DNA of 64,000 nt from Gemmatimonadaceae bacterium (GTDB taxonomy: Bacteria; Gemmatimonadota; Gemmatimonadetes; Gemmatimonadales; Gemmatimonadaceae), in contig DATJGU010000118.1 of NCBI GenBank assembly GCA_035494615.1, positions 7,044 through 71,043 on the forward strand, read 5' to 3'. Position numbers and translations under genes: made by a program. Under the pieces are notes generated by a model. The model had not been told where the DNA came from and did no database searches. It saw only the letters and a program-made list of their open reading frames with translations. Positions 8,875 to 18,255 of the stretch are shown piece by piece. The stretch's first letter is position 1. Each line of letters starts with the position of its first letter.

Positions 8875-9509
8875 CGGCCGGGGGGTTGGAGGTCGTCCGG
8901 CCGGGACGCCGTGGACGTCTGCGCGAGGTCCACGGCCGCCATGCGCCGTGCCGCCTCGCCCCACTCGATGGTCGGCGCGACGTCCTCGTCGGCGAGCTGC
9001 ATCGACTCGAGCGCGCGGCGGACGACGGGCTCCCCGTCGGGCACGGCGAGGCCCCAGTCCAGCTCCGCGCGCCGGCAGATGCGCTCGTGCCGCGCGCGCG
9101 CCGAGGCGAAGGGGGTGACACCGTATCTCGCCGAGAGCCGGTCGAGGCGTGCGTGCATCCCTTCGTGCACGAGCGACGCGGCGACCTGCGAGTCGGAGAA
9201 CTGCTCGTTCGCCATGAAGGTGAGCTCGAGCAGGCAGAGCCGGCGGTCGGGCAGGTAGGCCGCGCGACAGGGGTAGCGCTCGACGAGGATGCCGGCCACG
9301 TCGCGCCGGAGATGCGCCAGCCGCCACGGCTGGTACTCGGCGATGCGGCGGATCACCGACTCCGCGCGCCGGAAGACGCGCGCCGTGTCGACGTCCTCCC
9401 GCGTGTTGATCACACCGACCGGGATACCGTCGACGACTCGCGTCACGACCGCCGGCTCGGACGGGGTGCGCGCGCCGGCGAGCGCGCGCTCGATCCATTC
9501 TCGAAGCAT
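8871..9509 (-). CDS. hypothetical protein with HExxH motif (putative metallopeptidase-like)
   Basis: 212-aa ORF containing SLVHEGMHARL. Its stop overlaps the downstream start (ATGA at 8871-8874). Confidence 0.55.
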   Translation of the reverse strand: MLREWIERALAGARTPSEPAVVTRVVDGIPVGVINTREDVDTARVFRRAESVIRRIAEYQPWRLAHLRRDVAGILVERYPCRAAYLPDRRLCLLELTFMANEQFSDSQVAASLVHEGMHARLDRLSARYGVTPFASARARHERICRRAELDWGLAVPDGEPVVRRALESMQLADEDVAPTIEWGEAARRMAAVDLAQTSTASRPDDLQPPGR

Positions 9510-9537
9510 GGTCCCTCACCTCCACCCGCGGCGCACG

Positions 9538-10713
9538 TCATCGCGCGACGCCGAGTCGGAACACCGTCCGTGTGTCGTACACCTCGCCCGGCCGAAGGAT
9601 CACCGATGGGAAGTTGGCGTGATTGGGCGAATCGGGGTAGTGCTGCGTCTCGAGGGCGAAGCCGTAGCGGTGGCGGTAGACGTGTCCGTGCTTTCCCGTG
9701 AGGGTGCCGTCGAGGAAGTTGCCGCTGTAGAACTGCACGCCCGGCTCGGTGGTATAGACGTCGAGCGTACGTCCCGTCGTGGGCTCGGTGACGTGGGCGG
9801 CGTGCGCCAGCCCGGCGCCGCCGCTCCGCCGCAGCACGAAGTTGTGGTCGTAGCCCCGGCCGAACCGGAGCTGCTCGTCGTTCGCCCCGATGCGCGCGCC
9901 GATCGCCGTCGCCGTGCGGAAGTCGAACGGCGTGCCGGCGACGGAGCGGATCTCGCCCGTGGGGATGAGCGTCGAGTCCACCGGCGTCATCGAGTCGGCC
10001 TCGAGCTGGAGCTGGTGCTCGAGGATGTCGCGCGTGCCGCCGCCGGCGAGGTTCCAGTAGGTGTGATTGGTGAGGTTGACCGGGGTGGCCTTGTCGGTCG
10101 TGGCGTGATAGTCGATCGCGAGCTCGTTGGCATTGGTGAGCGCGTAGGTGACGCGGACCTGGAGCGTGCCCGGGTAGCCCTCCTCCATGTCGGGGCTCGT
10201 GTAGCCGAGCACGACGCCGGCCGAGCTGTCGGTGTGGAACGGCTCTCCCGTCCAGACGACCTTGTCGAACCCCTTGATGCCGCCGTGCAGGGCGTTTGGC
10301 CCGTCGTTCGTGGCGAGCCGGTACTCCTTGCCGTCGAGGGTGAACTTCCCGCGCGCGATCCGGTTGCCGTAGCGACCGACGACGGCGCCGAAATACGGGG
10401 AGTTCCCCTCGTAGCCCTTCATGTCGTCGAAGCCGAGCACGACGTCGTCGAGGTGGCCGTTGCGGTCGGGTGCCTCGAGCGACTGGACGATGGCGCCGTA
10501 CGTGATGATCCGGGCGCGGAGGCCGTTCGAGTTGGTGAGCGTGTAGACGTCGACCGCCTTGCCCCCGGGCGCGGTGCCGAACGGCGCCTTCGTGACGGTG
10601 GGCGCCGATGTGGCCGGGGTGTCCGTGGAGTCGGCGGACCGCGTGCAGGCCAGCGGCAGCAGCGCGGACGCGAGCAGAACGAGCCCGGCGCGCGGGCGTC
10701 GTGCGAGGAGCAT
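9538..10713 (-). CDS. galM: aldose 1-epimerase (galactose mutarotase), secreted/lipoprotein
   Basis: Family-typical GNRIARGKFTLDGKEY, NALHGG, TNHTYWNL, GFALETQHYPDSPN. N-terminal signal with LPLAC. Confidence 0.9.
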   Translation of the reverse strand: MLLARRPRAGLVLLASALLPLACTRSADSTDTPATSAPTVTKAPFGTAPGGKAVDVYTLTNSNGLRARIITYGAIVQSLEAPDRNGHLDDVVLGFDDMKGYEGNSPYFGAVVGRYGNRIARGKFTLDGKEYRLATNDGPNALHGGIKGFDKVVWTGEPFHTDSSAGVVLGYTSPDMEEGYPGTLQVRVTYALTNANELAIDYHATTDKATPVNLTNHTYWNLAGGGTRDILEHQLQLEADSMTPVDSTLIPTGEIRSVAGTPFDFRTATAIGARIGANDEQLRFGRGYDHNFVLRRSGGAGLAHAAHVTEPTTGRTLDVYTTEPGVQFYSGNFLDGTLTGKHGHVYRHRYGFALETQHYPDSPNHANFPSVILRPGEVYDTRTVFRLGVAR

Positions 10714-10883
10714 GCGGAGTCACCTCGTGTGGGTGCGAGCGGCGGCGAGCGCCGCGGCTACGTGTTCGTCGGGCGGTGAAGATGACGCGGCGGCGGCGCG
10801 GGCGCGAGATGACCGGAAGGGCTGGCGGCGTGCGGGGACGGGGCGTACCCGTTACTCCGTCGCGTCCACCGGTCTCCCCCGCC

Positions 10884-12350
10884 ATGCATCTCCGTCGCCT
10901 CGCGCTCGTCGCCGCGCTCGCCGCGGCCTCCGTCGCCGACGCGCAGCCCATCCGGCTGCACCCGGCGAATCCGCACTACTATCTCTTCCGCGGCAAGCCG
11001 ACGGTGCTCGTCACCTCGGGGGAGCATTACGGCTCGGTGCTCAACCCCGACTTCGACTACGGGACGTATCTGGCGACGCTCGCGCGCGACGGGTTGAACT
11101 ACACGCGCATGTTCACCGGCTCGTACGTCGAGCCGCCGGGCGCATTCGGCATCGCGCACAACACGCTCGCGCCCGACGGTGCACGCGCGATGATCCCGTG
11201 GGCGCGGAGCACGACGCCGGGCTACGCGGGCGGGGGCAACAAGTTCGATCTCGACCGGTGGGACGACGCCTACTTCCGCCGGCTCCACGACTTCGTGCGC
11301 CGCGCGGGCGAGCACGGGATCGTGGTCGAGGTGACGCTCTTCTCCTCGATCTACGGCGATGCCCAGTGGCGGGTGAATCCCTTCCATCCGGCGAACAACG
11401 TGAACGGCACCGACTCGATGCCGCTGCAGCGCGTGCACACGCTGCAGAACGGCGGGCTGTTCGCGCGGCAGGAGCGGATGGTCCGGAAGATCGTGCGCGA
11501 GCTGAACGCGTACGACAACGTGATCTACGAGATCCAGAACGAGCCTTGGGCGGACAACCACCTGCTCGCCGGCGCGATCAACGCGTACCTCCCCGATTGG
11601 CGCTCCGAGTGGCGCAACAGCGTACAGCTCGCGAACGAGGCGTCGCTGGCCTGGCAGGCGCGGATCGCGGCGATCATCCGTGACGAGGAGCACGGGCTCC
11701 CCAACCACCATCTCATCGCGCAGAACTTCGGGAACTTCGGCTACCCGCTGCCGGCGATCGACTCCGCCGTCTCGATCATCAACTTTCACTACGCGTACCC
11801 CGAGGCGGTGGGGATCAACTACGGGTGGCAACGTCCGGTGACGGTCGACGAGACGGGGTTCGCCGGCTCGGCGGACTCCACGTACCGCAGGCAGGCCTGG
11901 CACTTCCTGCTCGCGGGGGGCGGTCTGTTCGACAACCTCGATTACTCGTTCACCACGCGCCGCCCCGACGGCACCGACGTGAACGCGGCGCCCGGCGGCG
12001 GAAGCGCGGCGCTTCGCCGCCAGCTCGCCGTGCTGAAGCGATTCATCGAGCAGTTCGACTTCGTGCGGATGCGCCCCGACCGCAGCGTCGTCGCGCTGGC
12101 GCCCGGCACGTTCCGGGAGGCGCTGGCCGAACCGGGACGGGCATACGCGATCTATCTCGACGCGCCGCTCAGCGGTGATCTCGAGCTCGACGTTCCGGCG
12201 GGCGACTACGACGCGACGTGGATCGACGCGGTCACCGGCGACACGCTCCGGACGGGAACGGTGCGGCACGGCGGGACGCGGCTCCGGCTACCGCCGCCGC
12301 GGTACGCGCACGAGGCGGCCCTGCGGCTGGTGCGCCGCACGTCGCCGTAG
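10884..12350 (+). CDS. secreted TIM-barrel glycoside hydrolase-like protein (GH5/cellulase-like)
   Basis: Track ORF 10608 trimmed to the ATG at 10884 (MHLRRLALVAALAAASVADA signal). VIYEIQNEPW acid/base-type motif. VDETGF candidate nucleophile region. Confidence 0.75.
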   Translation: MHLRRLALVAALAAASVADAQPIRLHPANPHYYLFRGKPTVLVTSGEHYGSVLNPDFDYGTYLATLARDGLNYTRMFTGSYVEPPGAFGIAHNTLAPDGARAMIPWARSTTPGYAGGGNKFDLDRWDDAYFRRLHDFVRRAGEHGIVVEVTLFSSIYGDAQWRVNPFHPANNVNGTDSMPLQRVHTLQNGGLFARQERMVRKIVRELNAYDNVIYEIQNEPWADNHLLAGAINAYLPDWRSEWRNSVQLANEASLAWQARIAAIIRDEEHGLPNHHLIAQNFGNFGYPLPAIDSAVSIINFHYAYPEAVGINYGWQRPVTVDETGFAGSADSTYRRQAWHFLLAGGGLFDNLDYSFTTRRPDGTDVNAAPGGGSAALRRQLAVLKRFIEQFDFVRMRPDRSVVALAPGTFREALAEPGRAYAIYLDAPLSGDLELDVPAGDYDATWIDAVTGDTLRTGTVRHGGTRLRLPPPRYAHEAALRLVRRTSP

Positions 12351-12543
12351 CGCGCCGGACCGCCCGTCCGACGGGCGAAGGTCGCTCGCTCGCGCCGCCG
12401 CCGGCAGGGTGTGACCGTCGCCCTTGACACCCCGTGGCCGCACGCCAGCGTAGACCGGGAGCGGGCGGTCGGTCTACCTGGAGGCGGCGGATCATGCGGA
12501 TGTGTGGGCCGGACGTCACCGCGACGCAGGGCGAGGGGCGGCC

Positions 12544-14229
12544 ATGACTCGTCCGTCGAGGGCCGAGGCCGCGCGCCTCACGCTCGCGTGCGCGTGCGTC
12601 ACGATGGCCGTCGGGCTCACGGTCCTCACCGGGTGGGCCACGGGCATCGACGCGCTGCGCCGGGTGTTCGTGAGCCGGGTGCACATGCTGCCGATCACCG
12701 CGCTCGCCTTCATCGTGGCGGCGGTGTCGCTCTGGATGCAGCGCCGTTCGATCCGCGACATGGGGGCGCGCTGGATCGTCGCGCGCGGCCTGGCCCTGCT
12801 GGTCTTCGCCGTGGGGGCGGTCGCGCTCGCCGAGCGGTTGTTCGGCTGGGACACGGGGCTTTTCGGGCGGATGTTCCCCGACGCGCTGCGCGCGCTGCCG
12901 TACCGGCCGGTCGGCCTCATGGCGACGAACTCCGCGATCTGCTGCACGCTCGCGGGGGGCGCGCTCTTCCTCCTCGACGGTCACACGCGCCGCGTGCGGC
13001 AGACGGCGCACTGGTTCTCGACGCTCGGCATCGGGCTCTCCGCGCTGGCGCTGATCGGGTACCTGTACGGCGCGCGCCGGCTGTACCAGCTCGACGGCGC
13101 GGCGGAGATGTCGCTCGCCACGGCGCTCGGCTTCTTCGTGCTGAACGTCGGCATCATCGGCGCGCGGCCGGGTGCGTCGTGGGCGGGGCGGCTCGTCTCG
13201 CGCACGGGCACCGGGATGCTCGCGCGCCGGCTGCTGCTCGCGCTGACGATCGTCCCGGTGGTGCTCGGGTGGCTGTTCATCCAGGCGCGCGCGGAGCTGA
13301 TCGTGAGCCGCGAGGTGGGGACGGCGATCCTCGTGCTCGTGATGATGGGGATCCAGCTCACCGTGCTGCTGCGCGCGGCGGCGATCGTGCAGCGCGGCGA
13401 GCGCGCCCAGGCGACGGCGCTCGAGCACGCGGCGGCGGCGCGCGACGAGGCGGAGCGGGCCAACCGCGCGAAGAACGACTTCCTCGCCGTGATGAGCCAC
13501 GAGCTCCGGACGCCGCTCAACGCAGTCATCGGCTATGCGAGCCTGCTGCGCGACGGCATTCCCGAGCCGGCGACGGCGGGGCAGCGGCGCCACCTCGAGC
13601 GGATCGGGGCGAGCGCGAAGCATCTGCTCGCGCTGATCGACGAGGTGCTCACCCTCTCGCGGCTCGATCTCGGGCGCGAGCGGGTGACGCCGACGCCGAT
13701 CGCCGTGGCGGTGCTCGTGGAGGAAGCGGCGGCGATGACCGAGCCCGAGGCGAAGCGGAAGGGGCTCGTGCTCGCGCTCGAGGTGCCGTCGTCGAACGTC
13801 ACGATGACCACCGATGCGGGAAAGCTGCGTCAGGCGCTCGTGAACCTCATCGGCAACGCGGTGAAGTTCACCGACCACGGGAGCGTGCGCGTGCGCGCGT
13901 GGGCGGAGCGCGAGGGGGAGGAACTCGTGTTCGAGGTGGAGGACACGGGGATCGGCATTGCGCCCGAGCATCTGCCGCGCGTGTTCGACGCGTTCTGGCA
14001 GGTGGACCAGGCGCCGACGCGCCGCGTGGGGGGCACCGGGCTCGGGCTCCACGTGACGCGACGGCTGGTGCGTCTGCTCGGCGGCGACGTGCTGGCGCGC
14101 AGCACCGTCGGCGCGGGGAGCTGCTTCACGATCCGGATGCCGCGTGCATGGTGGGGGACGACGGACGCGTCGCGCGTAGCGGCGCCGGAGCCGGCGGGCG
14201 AGGAGGAACTGGCGGCGCCGCCGGCGTGA
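12544..14229 (+). CDS. membrane sensor histidine kinase
   Basis: Multiple N-terminal TM segments. H-box FLAVMSHELRTPLNAVIGY. N/G boxes NLIGNAVKFT, DTGIGI, GTGLGLHV. Confidence 0.9.
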   Translation: MTRPSRAEAARLTLACACVTMAVGLTVLTGWATGIDALRRVFVSRVHMLPITALAFIVAAVSLWMQRRSIRDMGARWIVARGLALLVFAVGAVALAERLFGWDTGLFGRMFPDALRALPYRPVGLMATNSAICCTLAGGALFLLDGHTRRVRQTAHWFSTLGIGLSALALIGYLYGARRLYQLDGAAEMSLATALGFFVLNVGIIGARPGASWAGRLVSRTGTGMLARRLLLALTIVPVVLGWLFIQARAELIVSREVGTAILVLVMMGIQLTVLLRAAAIVQRGERAQATALEHAAAARDEAERANRAKNDFLAVMSHELRTPLNAVIGYASLLRDGIPEPATAGQRRHLERIGASAKHLLALIDEVLTLSRLDLGRERVTPTPIAVAVLVEEAAAMTEPEAKRKGLVLALEVPSSNVTMTTDAGKLRQALVNLIGNAVKFTDHGSVRVRAWAEREGEELVFEVEDTGIGIAPEHLPRVFDAFWQVDQAPTRRVGGTGLGLHVTRRLVRLLGGDVLARSTVGAGSCFTIRMPRAWWGTTDASRVAAPEPAGEEELAAPPA

Positions 14230-14309
14230 CGCGGGCAGCGTGACGCGGGCCGCGTGACGCAAGCAGTGTGACGCGGGCAGCGTGACGCGGGCAGTGTGAC
14301 GCCGCCGGC
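14226..14309. repeat. 14-nt tandem repeat, 5 good copies plus 1 degenerate (GTGACGCGGGCAGC)
   Basis: Units start at 14226, 14240, 14254, 14268, 14282 and 14296. The first unit contains the HK stop TGA (14227-14229). The repeat fills the convergent intergenic gap up to the stop at 14322. Confidence 0.9.
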
Positions 14310-14321
14310 TCGGCGCCCGCG

Positions 14322-15368
14322 CTAGGGCCGGCCCGCCCGCGGATCGGCCTCGCGCACGAGCCACGCGCGCACGTTCGCCGGCCGGTAGGAGCGATCCGCG
14401 TCCCAACGCGCGAGCACGCTCTCGTGCACGCGCTGCGTGCCGCTCGTGTCGATCGGTCGGTCGGTGCCGGGCGCCAGCTTGTAGAGTCCCGTGCGCGAAT
14501 CGTGCTGCTTGCCGAGCGGATCGGGGGCGAGCGGATGCGTCCGCTCCGCCTCGAGGTCCATCGCGAGTCCTGCCGCTTCGGCCTTGCCGAGCATCCACGC
14601 GAGCGAGATGTCCGAGAGCGCGGACTCGGGGTAGCCGCCGCCGACGTCGCTGTGGACGCCGGGGAACCAGGTCTGCTCGACGATCTGATTCGGCTTCGGC
14701 TTCTCGAGAAAGAGCGACGGGATGAACGGCTTGCGGCGCTCGTCGACGGCGAGCGCGTGATACGCCAGCTCCACGGTGCCGCTCAGCTCCGTGTCGTGGA
14801 AGTCGACGTCGCGGAGGGTGAGCCCGCGCAGGCCGGCAAGTGGGATACCGAGTGCGCCGACGGTGTCCCAGACGCCGACGAAGCGGATGCGGATCGGGTC
14901 CGTGCCGCAGCAGGAGTGATCGGCGCGGAAGCGCACCGCGCGCTCGTCGTCGGGGTGCACCTCGGCTGCGTGGTAGAGCTGCTTCGCGGCGACGTACTGG
15001 CCAACCGAGGTGCGGGACAGGATGCCGCACTTGCGGATCATGCCGGCGATGCTGCGCGCCGTGAACGCGCCGCGGCTGAAGCCGAACAGCCAGAGCTCGT
15101 CGCCCGGCTCGTAGTTGGCGATGAGGAAGCGATAGGCGTCGTGGATGTTGTCCTCGAGCCCATCGCCGAACGCGCCGCCGGTGAGGCGGTCGGCGTAGTT
15201 ACCCGTGCCGACGCCCTGGTCGTAGAAGATCACCTGCGGCACGCCGGCCGCGTCGTGCTTGGCGACGCGGAAGGCGAGCTTGACGACGTTGGTGGGACAG
15301 GGCGAGCCGTTGTGCTGCTGATCGGCGGTATTCCAGGTGCCGTCGCAGCAGAGGACGAGGCGTTTCAT
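14322..15368 (-). CDS. DUF2235-domain alpha/beta hydrolase (Tle1-like fold)
   Basis: Track ORF trimmed to the ATG at 15368 (MKRLVLCCDGTWN...). GFSRGA nucleophile-elbow motif and VWDTVGALG. Confidence 0.85.
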   Translation of the reverse strand: MKRLVLCCDGTWNTADQQHNGSPCPTNVVKLAFRVAKHDAAGVPQVIFYDQGVGTGNYADRLTGGAFGDGLEDNIHDAYRFLIANYEPGDELWLFGFSRGAFTARSIAGMIRKCGILSRTSVGQYVAAKQLYHAAEVHPDDERAVRFRADHSCCGTDPIRIRFVGVWDTVGALGIPLAGLRGLTLRDVDFHDTELSGTVELAYHALAVDERRKPFIPSLFLEKPKPNQIVEQTWFPGVHSDVGGGYPESALSDISLAWMLGKAEAAGLAMDLEAERTHPLAPDPLGKQHDSRTGLYKLAPGTDRPIDTSGTQRVHESVLARWDADRSYRPANVRAWLVREADPRAGRP

Positions 15369-15426
15369 GGTCGGCGGGGAAATCTGGGCCGCGAGGAGGG
15401 AGGCACCAGTGGTGTGAACGACGACT

Positions 15427-15469
15427 GCGAGTAGGTGGTAGCGAGTCGCGGGTACTCGGTAGCAGGTGG
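15427..15469. repeat. GTAG-rich dispersed intergenic motif, copy 2
   Basis: GCGAGTAGGTGGTAGCGAGTCGCGGGTACTCGGTAGCAGGTGG. The 15-mer GCGAGTAGGTGGTAG is identical to the reverse complement of 55224-55238. Confidence 0.6.
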
Positions 15470-15520
15470 CTCGCGTGGGGAGGTGTTGTACGCCGGTGCC
15501 GAGACTGCACCGACTGAAAC

Positions 15521-15821
15521 GCGGATCGGGCGGATGACTGCGCGGATCGGGCGGATCGCCACTACTGGGCTGGATGCTCCTCGCGCCGGCCCGAATTGAG
15601 CGCGCTCGTTCGCGCACCGATCTCGGCGCCGAGGCCAGAAAGGCAAAGACTTTCGGGGTGTTGGGGCAGAGGGGTCGTGCGCCGATGCATTGGATCTCGA
15701 CTCCGCAGGCAAAGAAGAGCGTGAGGTCGTGCATGGAGAGAGGAGCGGTGCGCCGGTGCATGGAGCGCAACTCCGAGAGGAGCGGATCCGCTCGATCCGC
15801 GCAGTCATCCGCCCGATCCGC
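15521..15821. repeat. 301-bp element bounded by 40-nt imperfect inverted repeats (MITE-like or large hairpin)
   Basis: The left arm (15521-15560) pairs with the right arm (15782-15821) at 37/40 positions, the first 29 of them perfect. The spacer is 221 nt. Each arm itself contains the direct repeat GCGGATCGGGCGGAT. Confidence 0.55.
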
Positions 15822-16013
15822 TTGGAGGCAGTCGAGCCCCGCCACGTGAAGCGCGGTGGGGACGGGCGCTCCTGATGCAAGGCACCGGGCCGTGACAACC
15901 GTTCGTCGGGTGGTTTCGGCGGTTCGTCGAGTCGTCCTATCGGCCGGGGCGCGCCCGGGGACTTCGTGGATCGGCAGGCTGTGTCGAACCGCCGATCACG
16001 GAGACTCCACGCG

Positions 16014-18251
16014 ATGTCGTTCCATTCCCCCCGCTCGTTCGCCACGTGCTCGCTGGCCGCCGTGCTGGCGCTGGCCCTCGCTTCCCCCCTGGCGCTGTGC
16101 GCGCAGGCCGCGGCGCCGATGGAGCTCGCGCGGCTCACGCACGCCGTCCGTCTGGACGGCGTGCCGACCGCCGACGAGTGGGCGGGGGTGCCGCCCCTCC
16201 CGCTCACCGAGTACGCGCCGACCTTTCGCGGCACGCCGACTCAGCGCACGGAGATCCGCGTCGCCTACGACGACGAGTATCTCTACGCGGCCGGCTGGTT
16301 CTGGGACGACGACCGCGCCGGCGTGCGCGTGAATTCGCTCTATCGCGACCGGTGGAACGGCGACGACGCGTTCAACGTCTTCGTCGACGCCTTCAACGAC
16401 CATCAGACCACGAAGTGGTTCGGCACGACGCCGGGCGGCATGCGGTTCGACGTCCTGCTCTCCGACGACGCCAAGACGAGCAACGATGCGTGGGACACCT
16501 TCTGGGACGCCGCGACGACGGTGACGGACTCGGGGTGGTTCGCCGAGATGCGCATCCCGTTCTCCAGCCTCGGCTTCCACGCCGACGCCGACGGGAAGGT
16601 GGTGATGGGGCTCACCGTGACGCGCCTCGTCGCGCGGCGGAACGAGCGCGTCACCTTTCCGGCGATCGATCCCAAGTTCTACTTCGCGCAGCCGTCCGTG
16701 GCACAGAGCGTCGTGCTGCGCGACGTGCACACGCGAACGCCGCTCTACGTCACGCCGTACGTGCTGAGCGGCGCGTCGCGCAACGCCGTGGCACCGGCGA
16801 CCGGGACGGCGCAATACGGCACGCTCTCGCGCACGTCGCGCGAGGCCGGCGTCGACGTCCGCTATCCGCTCTCCGGCGATCTCACGCTCGACCTCACCTA
16901 CAACACGGACTTCGCCCAGGTGGAGGCGGACGAGCAGCAGGTGAACCTCGACCGCTTCCCCCTGTTCTACCCCGAGCAGCGGCGGTTCTTCCAGGAGAAC
17001 AGCGGCGTGTTCGACTTCGACTTCGGCGGCTTCGGCGCGACGGGACGGCTCTTCCACTCGCGGCGCATCGGCCTCGCGCCCGACTTCACGCCGATCCCGG
17101 TGCTCGGCGGCGCGCGCCTCGGCGGACGCGCCGCCGGATGGGACGTCGGGCTGCTCGAGATGCAGACGCAGCGGCAGGGCGCCTTCCCGAGCGAGCACTT
17201 CGGCGTGCTTCGCCTGCGGCATTCCGTGCTCAACGAGAACTCGACCGCCGGCTTCATGGCGACGTCGTTCGCCGGCGGCGGCCGGCGCAACCTGGCGCTC
17301 GGCACCGATGCGTCGCTCCGGGTGCGCCCGAACGAATATCTCGTGCTGAAGTGGGCGGGTACGGACGATGGCGCCGACTCCACGTCGCCCTCGCTGCTCG
17401 ACCGCAGCGTGATCGACGCGCGCTACGAGCGCCGCGTCGGGCGCGGGCTCCAGTACTCGCTCTCCGCCACGCGTGCCGGACGCGACTTCCACCCCGAGCT
17501 CGGCTTCACCCAGCGCACCGACTTCACCACGCTCAACGCGTCGGGGAACTATTTCATCTTCACGGACATGCACCCCACGCTGCAGCGCGTGTATCCCGGC
17601 GCGCTGGCGTTCAACACCTTCCGGAACGCCGACCACGCGCTCGAGTCGGGACAGTACGCGGTCTGGATCCAGTGGGACACGAAAGCGGGCGGCGGCGGCT
17701 GGATCGAGCCGAAGCTGTTCCACGAGAGCGTGCTCGCGCCGTTCGCCATCGGCCGCTCGACGTCCGTTCCCGCCGGCACGTACGATTTCGCCGATCTGCA
17801 GGCGGTGTACGCGATGCCGTTCGGCGCGCGGACGCGCACGAGCGTCGACCTGCGCGCCGGTCGCTACTTCGACGGCACGCGCGCGCAGGCGATCCTCACG
17901 CCGACGTGGAACGTGTCGCCGCACCTGGAGCTCGGCGGCGACTACCAGCTCACCGCGCTGCGGTTCGCCGACCGAGGCCAGTCGGAGAACATCCAGCTCG
18001 CGCGCCTGCGCGTGCGCGCCGCCCTCGACGTCCGTATGTCGGGAAACGCCTTCGTGCAGTACAATTCCACGAGCCACACGCTCGACGCGAACGTCCGCCT
18101 GCGGTACGCCTTCGCCGAAGGCACCGATCTCTGGCTCGTGTACAATGAGGGACTCGACACGCAGCAGGTGCGCGACCCGCTCGGCGAGCGTTCGCCGCTC
18201 TCCCTCTCGCGCTCGGTGATCGTGAAGTACACGCACACCTTCGACTTCTGA
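16014..18251 (+). CDS. DUF5916 / CBM9-like domain outer-membrane-type protein
   Basis: Trimmed to the ATG at 16014 (signal ...ALCAQA). N-terminal CBM9-like LDGVPTADEW...YLYAAGWFWD. Long beta-rich C-terminal region ending in an aromatic residue (HTFDF). Confidence 0.8.
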   Translation: MSFHSPRSFATCSLAAVLALALASPLALCAQAAAPMELARLTHAVRLDGVPTADEWAGVPPLPLTEYAPTFRGTPTQRTEIRVAYDDEYLYAAGWFWDDDRAGVRVNSLYRDRWNGDDAFNVFVDAFNDHQTTKWFGTTPGGMRFDVLLSDDAKTSNDAWDTFWDAATTVTDSGWFAEMRIPFSSLGFHADADGKVVMGLTVTRLVARRNERVTFPAIDPKFYFAQPSVAQSVVLRDVHTRTPLYVTPYVLSGASRNAVAPATGTAQYGTLSRTSREAGVDVRYPLSGDLTLDLTYNTDFAQVEADEQQVNLDRFPLFYPEQRRFFQENSGVFDFDFGGFGATGRLFHSRRIGLAPDFTPIPVLGGARLGGRAAGWDVGLLEMQTQRQGAFPSEHFGVLRLRHSVLNENSTAGFMATSFAGGGRRNLALGTDASLRVRPNEYLVLKWAGTDDGADSTSPSLLDRSVIDARYERRVGRGLQYSLSATRAGRDFHPELGFTQRTDFTTLNASGNYFIFTDMHPTLQRVYPGALAFNTFRNADHALESGQYAVWIQWDTKAGGGGWIEPKLFHESVLAPFAIGRSTSVPAGTYDFADLQAVYAMPFGARTRTSVDLRAGRYFDGTRAQAILTPTWNVSPHLELGGDYQLTALRFADRGQSENIQLARLRVRAALDVRMSGNAFVQYNSTSHTLDANVRLRYAFAEGTDLWLVYNEGLDTQQVRDPLGERSPLSLSRSVIVKYTHTFDF

Positions 18252-18255
18252 GCCG

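Noticed and set aside
10608-10883. N-terminal extensions of several track ORFs (for example 10608, 35336, 3372..5693, 14322..15845, 21491..22792)
   Set aside because: The extended parts are Arg/Pro-rich and overlap neighbouring genes. They precede internal ATG/GTG codons that are followed by signal peptides or conserved family N-termini, so I trimmed the genes accordingly.
12424-12456. TTGACA hexamer upstream of the histidine kinase as a promoter
   Set aside because: No acceptable -10 hexamer lies 16-19 nt downstream (AGCGTA/GCGTAG). A lone -35 match is not sufficient.
14226-14309. Possibility that the 14-nt, 8-nt or 36-nt repeat tracts (14226, 40519, 62980) are CRISPR arrays
   Set aside because: The units are directly adjacent with no unique spacers. 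They are far shorter than CRISPR repeats, or in the case of the 36-mer they lie in-frame inside a CDS. No cas genes are present in the window.
15574-15849. 91-aa and 61-aa ORFs inside the inverted-repeat-bounded element
   Set aside because: They have no SD, an Arg/Ser-rich composition and overlap one repeat arm. I cannot support them as a transposase or any other coding gene.
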